From Catajapyx aquilonaris (taxonomy: Eukaryota): a DNA stretch of 20,000 nucleotides. The translations under genes and the position numbers were made by a program. The stretch's first letter is position 1, and each line of letters starts with the position of its first letter. The DNA lies in assembly GCA_000934665.2 (NCBI GenBank), contig KZ538098.1, positions 107,011 to 127,010 of the forward strand, written 5' to 3'. The notes below the pieces were generated by a model that made no database searches, had not been told where the DNA came from, and saw nothing but the letters and a program-made list of their open reading frames with translations. Below are positions 1 to 9,266 of the stretch, in pieces.

Positions 1-3000
1 GAATCTCCGGAAGGAACGGATCAGATCAGAAATCTGAGGGATACGAATTTAATCCTAAGGAGTGGGTGGAGATTGCGTTGCTCTCGACAAAACAACTCCC
101 CTAATAACAAAATCGCAATGTCTGCCCACGCACATTGGGAGGAGAAAACTGCTACTGGAACAGATTTACAGTCCTGCAGTCTGATAACTTACCCCTTGGG
201 GACTGAGTGGCAAAGTTACGCGATATCTTCAGTTGATAAAAATCACACATTAGCTTGATGGTAGCTCCAACTGCTATCTGCTAAACTGCTACATGGACCA
301 GAAACTAAAGTGCACACGTCTCGAGAGCCTGTAAATGGCAACAGTCAATGGTAGTGTTACGTTACTGCAACGCATTCAGTCATTCCGCCCCCGCCCTATT
401 CGCAACAATGTGCATCGTGCAATTGTGAGGGACAGAATGGGGGTCCATAATTTCAACCTGACACGATCCCTTTCGCTCCAGGATTTCGCTAATGCCTGAT
501 GGATACAAAGGGAAGCAGAGTCGTTTGTAAGGAGCCTTAAGCTTCCTTTATAATCTAATGGAAAAGCTCTTTCTCTCTCTCACTCTGCAGCTTTAAAACA
601 CTTCAGTCCCATCCCTCAAAAAAAGAAAAAAACTCCCCCTCCTACTCTTTCAACAAACTCAACATCGATTCTTACTCCATCTCGATTATTCTTGACCCTT
701 AAGAGTAGGCCCGTACAAATTTCCCTTCCTCTTAATCATTTCACCTTGCAAGTTTGCTTGCGGGTAGAGAGAGCCCGGAACGCCTCATTCTTCTCCATCC
801 TCCCCCACCCGGATAAGCGCATAACAAATATACGACCCGAGTGGAGAAGTTGTCAAGGGGAGGGTTTAATCCCCAAGTTACCTCCTGCAGCACACTCCAA
901 TTTAAATAATATAAACACTGCCTCCTATTGGCACAGACGTTGACATCCGATATCACTTATCATCGCTTTAAAAAAAAAAACTCTGGACTCGGTTTACATG
1001 GCGTCATAATTTAAAATCTGGTTAATATGCATACTGCAGCCTGATTTCATTAAGCCTGCGGGGTCCTCCCCCGCCGATTTGGCGAGCTGTTCACACACTC
1101 GTTCACTTTTCGCCAGCAAAATTTTTTTAAGGAGGGAGAAATCGTGACTCGAAAAGAGTTTAAACGTTGCGCTAAAGCGGCTTGATGATTTCATTTAAGC
1201 AAAAGGATGCTGGCCCAACAACAGCGCTTCTGTGTGTATATGTAAAGCCATGCAGAAAATATACCGCAGCAGAGAGGGTAGTGGGGGAGTAAAAAAATTA
1301 ACATGCTACACTATCCATGGTGACACTAGGCACGCATACATGTCAGGAAAATAGAGGGGGTACTGTACTACATGGCCCGCATCCCCCAGTGGTGCGATCC
1401 GGTGTTAGACCTTCCTTTATTGCATCAAATTCATATTTAAACCGGGCCGAGTAATTAAAAATGGCAGTGCAAAAGTTGGGACCTGCGCCGCATTCCTGCA
1501 GGGACATTCCTGAAGAAATATTTTTTACAAAACGGCTTGCCAATTATAATAATAGGCGGGTTAAAATTAAATGTTATAAAGAACGTCAACGATATATTTC
1601 TGGCACTAGTCCTTTTTTTAAATAAATAAAAAAAAACGAACATGCATTGGTTGAACCCAAGCATAGCTCCAAAATTAAAGTATGATCACAAATAATGCTG
1701 CTGTCAAATTTTGACAAGAACGTACAAACTTAAAATGACACATATTATTTTAATATTTTAATTTGTAAGGCCTGTCATTTATGCCATCAACAATCTCACC
1801 CCTTCATTTTGAAAAACTACAATTTTGGAACACGTTCTCAAAAAGTGTCATCAGGCATTGTTGCAACTCTTTTTCCCCCCCACAATTTCTTCCCCCAAAA
1901 AAGGCTTTTTTTGGCCATCCCATAAAATAAGTGGCAAGCAATATTCCAGCAGAGTCCAGCAATCTGTCCGGCGTCCCAGAATTTAGCGGCCAAGATAGAT
2001 CATAATAAGAATATGATATCGCCACGTCCTTCGCACGAATTCATATCGCAAAAATGGGGTCCACGTCCCCCCTCCACTCTCCTTTTACCAGCCAAAAAAG
2101 TATAAAAAAAGGGGGGGGGGGAAGTAAATTATGTGCGGAAGAGGAAAATTGATCTGGGCAATGGAAGTTTCATAAAGGAAGGAAGGAATTTACAGCCAGA
2201 CGTTTTTTTTTTTTTGCTGATTTTTTTTGTGTGCAAAAGGTTGGAGAGGGTGGGGGTGGAGTGTCCGAGGGAAATGGACCAAGTCGAGGACCAGCTGTGC
2301 GAGAAGGGCAGCATCAAAGTCCGATTGAGAGAGACCATATCGATTATAGGTCCCCCCCCTCTCTCTCTGGAAGCTTTTTTTTATATCAGAAAAAAATTCG
2401 GGGGGCGACGGCGACGCCATCTGGAAGCCAAGAGCGTGCCCTATGCTAATCGTCCCGTAATTAGGCAATTGTCGCCCTCGCAGACAGCCATTTACAAGAA
2501 CTAATTAACCCAGGGGGTGTAGTGGGGGGACGAGCACTTCCCCAAAAAAAAGAGGGCAAGAAAAGCGGGCGTACGTCACGCGAAAACTCTTCATTACAAC
2601 GTTTCAGGCAGCCAGCAACTCGTCTTGAAACATGACCAAACCTCACACCAACCTCATTTGTCACCCAAACCAACAGCCTCATTTGTCTGGGGGGAAGCCG
2701 GGAGGCAACGGCTGTTACGTGTGTGCGTGTGTGTGTCATACATGCAACAATACCGAGGCCCCACACATGGGTTTACCAAATGGGACGCTTTCAGCAGTCA
2801 CAAGCGGGACAAGCGTTGGATATTAGTTGCATTTTTAAAGCTACTAATCAAGCCTGCAGGTCATTAGTTTAGGCCAGGTTGGAACAACAGGCAATGAACT
2901 TTACGGTTGTATATACAAGCTCGACGTGCGAGTTTCTGCAAATATTACATACGGTGTATATAAAAGTGAAATCTGAATCATCATGTACATATAAAAATCC

Positions 3001-5077
3001 GTTAATTATTACGAAAGAAATCAAAAATTCAGGCGGCAATGTTGTCTCGGCAGCCGGTTTGATAAGAGGATGAAAAATGCAGCAGCCACAGACCACCCTG
3101 TATACATGCATTATCCCTCGATGCCAGTCCTCTTCTGAGGTTAATTGGGGGCCGGATTAAATGTAATGAAACGGTTTCGTGATTGAGAATTAGCACCCTT
3201 GTTGTTTCCATTTGTCACCCCGCAAGGCCCTCAGGATGGATACCACCTTTGGGAAATCCCGATTTAAACTCATTTGCCTCCCACTCACTCACAGTAGAGT
3301 TGAGAGGGGAAAAAAATAGCACGCAATTTCCAGTGTTGCCGACTATAAACCAATACGCACTTTTTTTTTAAAAAAAAAACGAGTGTTACATCCAAGCATT
3401 AGCCAGCCAGCAAACCCCACAAAAGACATGGTCGCGTCCGATTTAATTTTCATCCGGGAACCATGCGTTTCACCGGATAATACGAGCGCCACCGGAAGCG
3501 CCAAAAGCCGGCCATTTATTGGGGAGGTGTCCCGCCCTGGTGAAAAACAGTTGTCATACGAATGAGCTCATATACATGCGGGGTGTACACAGCACATGTT
3601 GCCAGGGGAAAAAAAGGCCCAACATATTTGCCTCTAATAGGATATACACCAAACGGCCCAACTTTTGTCGCTCTAAAGAGTCTCAATTTTTCGGGTGAGT
3701 GAGGCCTTTTTTTATACAGGCTCCTATTAGGCCCCCCCTCCCATGCTCGTACCGACCAGTTCAAAATTCGGGAGCCCACTCAATCAATAACTTTTCAGCG
3801 GGAGGCTGGGAAATACCTCCACTACGAACAGGAGTCTGGACCGACAGATAAACCCGCGTTACATCAAAAGCAATCTACTGAAATGTACTATAAAAGTCAA
3901 AGAAAAAAGTGTAGGCCAAACAGTCGAATATTAGTAATGATATTAATTTGTTGGCGGTTCTGTTATGTACTTTCAACCGGTTTGATTAAACTGACCCGAT
4001 TTTTTTTTTTTTAGGGCTGCCAAAATTCACGCGAGTTTGAACACGACACACAGCAGTTTCCCCCCAGAAATCGATTACAATTGGCACCACCCACCCATGT
4101 CCACACATCCCCCCCGAAAATAAACCGCAGACTATTAAAGCACATAATTCGCGGCCAATTCAAAACCCATCCCTCTTGGCCAGACGACAACTTAAAATTC
4201 CAGCATGTACACACCAGCCATTAGTCATCGGATCGGAGCTCAATAGCACCTCGTTTCAATCCAATTGCAGGGAGGTCGAGTAATTCCAAATTAATGGGGG
4301 GAGAGGATAAAAACACATTAGGGTTGATACAATTATGCGGCAGGTTTTGAAGCGGAAGGTTGCCCAAAATTCAAGGTACATAGTCTTTCCTACATATTAT
4401 ATAAAAAGGAGAGTCTGTGAGGGGGGAAATGGCGGCGGGGAAACGGCGTGCTCAATTACTGCGATGATTGCCCAATTAGTCCCTCTGCAGCCCTTCCCCC
4501 CCTCCCCTTTTTATAAGTCGTTAATGACCGGCAATATGTGCCACCCCACCTCATTCCCATACCCTCCACAGACTCGCACAATGTACTTATCAGACCCCGG
4601 GTTCGCGTGCCCGGAAATATTCCCCTCCCTCCCCAAAAAAAGTTCCGATCAGATTTGGCCCCCAGATTTATTAGAAAAGTTTTTTGCATCACCCTATACC
4701 CAGCAACTCAGCAATGATCCGGTTGTGTCATGATAAAATTATTGTGGGCAGCCATCCTACCAAACGCGCGTATGATTACAATGATAGGCGGGGTCCAGAT
4801 GCGGATGCTGAGCTTGATCCCCCAGCAGTGTGTGTTTGAAAATTCTGGTCCAGTACATATCTGTGACTGGGAGCATTAACTGCCGGCTTCACTTCCAATT
4901 AAAATGATTCGATTGAGGACATGAAATAAATTCATTTCATTAGAGGGGAACAGAGAGGGCCTGTCTGCTGCTTGCTTCCCCCTTTTCCAATGAGAGTTCT
5001 CCAGGATTAATTAAGCAGCCGTTGTATTAGGAGGTGCATAAGGAAGAAGACAAAAAGCGGCTATATGTCTGCCTCTG

Positions 5078-5117
5078 AGCAAAAAAGCCGTATCTGCCAA
5101 GTTACGGCTTTTTTGCT
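5078..5117. repeat. Perfect 15-bp inverted repeat with a 10-nt loop
   Basis: AGCAAAAAAGCCGTA (5078-5092), loop TCTGCCAAGT, TACGGCTTTTTTGCT (5103-5117). Confidence 0.9.
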
Positions 5118-5912
5118 TAAGAACCGTTCAAATTGTATATGTATTTTTTTCAGTTTTCATTATTTGTAGAATTGCGAGATTATAGCCTTCATAGGGCCAC
5201 CTCCTGAGGGAGGATGGAAGATGTTGGGTGGTGCCTTTCCATCCACGACCTCTTTTCATCAGCAGGCTTTGTGCTGGCTGGCTACGCGCCGTCAGCAGAG
5301 GAAATTAAGCCATCCTTCCCTCCACTGCCAGACTCCGCATCTTCAATGTTATCTGGCGTAAGGCAACCCAACCTAGCAACCACCCTCGAAGAATAGAAAG
5401 CCCCCCCCTCCCCCCCCCAGATAGTTGCGTTTTTAACCCCCCAACGCGACACTACACTGGAGCTGGCAGTGGCCAACGCACAGCCGGGAAGGATTACTCC
5501 AAAAAAGTGCAATATTTTTTTTATTACGTACAACCCAACGAAATCCGCAGCATTGATTCGGTCATTACAAAAAAAAACGCGAATTAGTCCGCAATGAATA
5601 TTGCATTATCCCTAGGAAGGATCAACTGGGATTGTGGGCCCCTAAGACACACATTTTATGCCGGAATACGCCTGTTTGTCCGCGGTGAGTCATCAGTGGT
5701 GCACCATCTGTGTGAGACACACGAATGGGGTCCTTGGTATGGGATTTGGCGTACACAAGTAGCTCAAAACCATAATACATGCAAACAACTTTTCAGCACC
5801 AAAATATCATTCCGCCATAAATTATCGCGGGTTTAAAAAGTCACTCTCAAATTGACGGGGGGAAAGGGGGTGTGGTCTAAAAAGGCACATTCCGACTCCT
5901 GCCTGACCAGTG

Positions 5913-6503
5913 TGACGTCAGCAGACCGGTGCACCTGCTTTATTTGGCGGGCTTTCGAATCGAAAGCTCGCCAAGTAAAGCAGGTGAGCAAGTAAAGCAG
6001 GTGGTTGGTAATTGGTATGGTCGCCAACAAAGCAAACAAAGCAGCCCGGGTGCGTTCCTGCCTCTGCACCGATCTATTTGGCCACTGTGACGTCAGAGGG
6101 CAGTACGATACTGTATAATTAATATGATCTTAGACCAATCATATCTCGAAAACTAATGCGTATTTATTCAAACAATTTTTTTTAATGAGCACGATTTTCT
6201 ACATGGGTTTGCAAAATGTAGCCTATAGGACACCCTCATTGTATTGAAGGCTATGTGACACACTGTATTTACCAGAAACGATGCTCATGGGGGCCCGAGA
6301 ACAGAGCGGTATCGAATCGGACGGAATTCCAAATGTTGGGTCTAGAATGGAAAGGGGGGGATTGGAGGCTGCCAACAATGGAGGAGCCAAACTCCACCTG
6401 CACAAAAGAGGGCCTCAGACCCTCATGAATACGGAAAGCTTACAACTCCGGAGACAGTGAGATGGTGGGGGTTCCCTTTTCTGACTTCGCACCTGCACAA
6501 TGG
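5913..6503. promoter_or_regulatory. Candidate intronic cis-regulatory module (E-box / CRE / Sox-type site cluster)
   Basis: Seen in sequence: GCAGGTG/CACCTGC at 5932, 5980, 5997, 6395 and 6490; TGACGTCA at 5913-5920 and 6088-6095; AACAAAG at 6026 and 6035; AACAATG at 6374 and ACAATGG at 6497. Regulatory function is inference only. Confidence 0.35.
5932..6003. repeat. 27-bp inverted repeat (5932-5958 / 5960-5986) followed by a 15-bp direct duplication (5972-5986 = 5989-6003)
   Basis: CACCTGCTTTATTTGGCGGGCTTTCGA-A-TCGAAAGCTCGCCAAGTAAAGCAGGTG forms 25/27 Watson-Crick pairs. CAAGTAAAGCAGGTG is repeated after a 2-nt spacer. Confidence 0.9.
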
Positions 6504-7269
6504 CCCCCTCAATCCCCACCCTCGTTACCTCTTTGTTGTCCAACGTCAACACTCCACCACCACCTCAAAAAAAAAAATACAACGAAAAATGAGTGATAAT
6601 AAATGTCCCCGAGGGGTTGGCCCCCGCCACTTTTCTTCCCACCCTTTAAATGAGTTCTCTTATTCAAATCGCTGCTTAATGAGCAGTCTCTTCGGGACAA
6701 CCCCCCGCCACCGCCATGTTTGTCATAATTATGCATATTTTCTTTCTTCATTATGGTAATGGGCGCCTGGTATAATCAGTTTAGTACCGTGTTAGCATCG
6801 GATCCTGTGTTTTTTTTATACGCTCCTAAATACTCATTTTTCTCTAATTGTTGCGGGGCTCCTACGTGTATTGCGAGCCATTACGCAAATATCCAATCTC
6901 GAGGTTTAGAGGTTTGTTAACCCCTTTGCAGTCGCCCCAGAGGGTACTCAAATAATTTTTTTTACAGTTCTTAATTTGCGCTATAATGTCTTCTTTTTTT
7001 CCCCTCCCCCTCAGAATTTCTTTACTACTTGCTTTAGAGGTCGGGAGTGTGCCACGTGCCATATTTCCCATCCTCTTCAAAAGGGGGCGGGCACAGATGT
7101 TGGTCCAAAACCAGACTAATTAACTGCCTGAGGAATCGACCCCCGAGAAAGTACGACACGGCTTTACTTTCAAAACGGAGGCACAAACCCGGGCATTATT
7201 TATTTATTCATCTCCCGCATTAGCTTCTTGATCGTGTATTCCTGGAAGGAAGTTTCAAAACTTCCTCCC

Positions 7270-7270
7270 N
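7270..7270. other. Single ambiguous base (N)
   Basis: An 'n' lies inside a C run (cttcctcccncccctc). This is an assembly or base-calling ambiguity. Confidence 0.95.
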
Positions 7271-9076
7271 CCCCTCACATAGAAACTACTGAAGAGGGGG
7301 GTAAATTCATTTGGACAAGTTCCTGCGGATTTCTCCTTTCGGCAGCAGCAACTTGTAACATAATTGACCGAAATTAGGCGTAGGAATCGATCCGGACCCC
7401 CCTACATTTTTTTATACAGTATGTACTGTACTATATAGAAAGGGACCAGGCACCAGCAGCAGACAAAATAATCGTGCTGCCAATGGCAACAGCGCCCAGT
7501 CATAAATTTGATCCGCTCTTTTGTGTCCCCGGAACCCACTAAAAGCCAACTGGAGGACTCTAGTACATTTTCCCAGCCCGGGGGCTTGCTGCTGCAGCCT
7601 CTTGAATAAACACAACTTGGTCCAACCCCATCACATGCCCAACGTGCATAAAAAGCCACTGCAATAATCGCCTTAAAGTTGGGCAATTTATTCCGGGGGG
7701 TCGTTAGTACTGCTGGGAAAAGAGCGATCGCCGCTAAACTGCTATTTTCCATTTTGTAGAAGAAGAAAAAAAAAACTGAGCGAAGATGTTACGACATAAT
7801 TCATGCAAGCAGGAAGGAAAATGGAAGGGGGAGGGGGAGAGGATATATCAATTTAGCAGCGCAATCAGGAAACTCCATTACATCTCCCTCCAGGAGCTTC
7901 AATAACTTTCCCTAATGACATTTCAACGCCTGGAATCCTAGAGTCTTCCCCCCGTCCCAATTATTGTGGCCCAAGGTTCGCAACATAGATCGATCCGTCC
8001 CCGATATATCTGGTCCACTTGTGCTGACCCGCTCGTAAAAACTGCACAGATAAACTGCTGCAAATTTGCAAAATGGCGTCTGTCAGCTTTCACCCCCCTT
8101 TCCCCCCCTGGATTTTAATGAAATACGGGGACCGGGGAGGGAAATGGAAGGTCATTCACCACATCTCACTTCCGACTCTTTTCCTAGACAAAATGAGAAA
8201 GCGAGAGAAAAGACATGGCTGCCGGTTCGATTTAATATCCAGCAAACTTTTCGAGTGACGTATAGTGGATATCACCAGATGGCAGAAGGAAAAATATATA
8301 TAATTGAAAGGAGGGGGTTGACAGACTGAAAATTCCGGTCTCCCCCCCTTTTACTCGGGCCGCTTATGACCTTATCAAATTTTGTGAGGGGCGCATCACA
8401 GCTTTTATGGTCCCGCTTAATTTCGATAATTAGTGTATAATACGTGCCAGGTAGCCTCATCAATCCGTAATGCAGTATGAACCATCCCGCGAAAATTACC
8501 AGCTGACTATTTTATAGACGGAGATGCCTGCACCAGTTTATTTTTTGTGCTGAACAAAGGCAATCTCTTCTGTACAAAACCGCTGCACTTGATGACACTG
8601 CTTTACGAGTTCAACAGCAATCCCTTCGCCAGATGGCTCATGTAAGAGGAATGAAGCATAAAAATAATATCACTCGACACAGGTTATGACAATGGCTTTC
8701 CAACAACCCCTTCTCCATTACATTCCGCCCCCCTTTGTCTGCTTCCCGCCTTCCCAAAACAGCACTCCTGCCATCTACCGCCCGTATCCAGAACTTGCTC
8801 AGAATCTCTCGGAAAGCTCGCGCCCTTAAGCGGCCGCCTCTGGAAACTTCCGAGAAAATTTTTGCTCGTCCAAATATTTTTTTGGGGTCTCTCAGGGCAA
8901 TTCGTCATTCCGACATGCAAATCCTCCATTAAGCCGCATTAGCCGCGGTCTCAGTGCATTAAACCACATCCAGGCTGAGGTTTTGCCCCAAAATGTCCTC
9001 CGAAAATTGGAGCACAAAAAAGGGGGGGGATTGGCACACGCGAGGTTCGCAGAATTTATTTGTTTATGGTCCTTAC

Positions 9077-9266
9077 CTTGAGGCGTTGTAGGGGCTTTCG
9101 CATGGCATTTTGGTCTCGGGCTGGTCCCAATCGGTCCAGCTCGTTCTCCATACTCTCTGCGCTGGACTCTACCTCGGACAACCAGGCCAGGAACTTGTCC
9201 AGGCTCTTGTCGAAGTGCTGAAGGGAGTTCATGGCCGAGTGCAAGCACTTGCCACGACCCACAATG
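9077..9266 (-). CDS. Dys: Dystrophin internal coding exon (190 bp, equivalent to human DMD exon 55; spectrin repeat about R21/R22)
   Basis: Seen in sequence: the acceptor is aattcaaatttcag|C and the donor AAG|gtaagg. The first nt completes AG+C = Ser from the previous exon, followed by 63 codons, IVGRGKCLHSAMNSLQHFDKSLDKFLAWLSEVESSAESMENELDRLGPARDQNAMRKPLQRLK, ending in phase 0. Recalled knowledge: LQHFDKSLDKFLAWLSEVE parallels human LQQFPLDLEKFLAWLTEAE. Confidence 0.96.

Larger units (their letters stand above)
1..9076 (-). other. Dys: 5' part of a long dystrophin intron (>9 kb, equivalent to human intron 55); the next constitutive exon lies outside the window
   Basis: The donor gtaagg starts at 9076. 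By eye I found no exon-56-like peptide (DLQ.EIE.H...) on the minus strand in 1-9076. Confidence 0.7.

Noticed and set aside
187..250. Minus-strand ATG...G|GTAAGT mini-exon (MCDFYQLKISRNFATQSPR) as a possible alternative first exon
   Set aside because: The donor is strong, but the frame ends in phase 1 while an exon-56 equivalent should need phase 0. There is no other support.
2129..2504. Overlapping ORFs on both strands around a purine-rich patch
   Set aside because: No homology recognised, homopolymer runs interrupt the region, and no compatible splice sites link it to the dystrophin frame.
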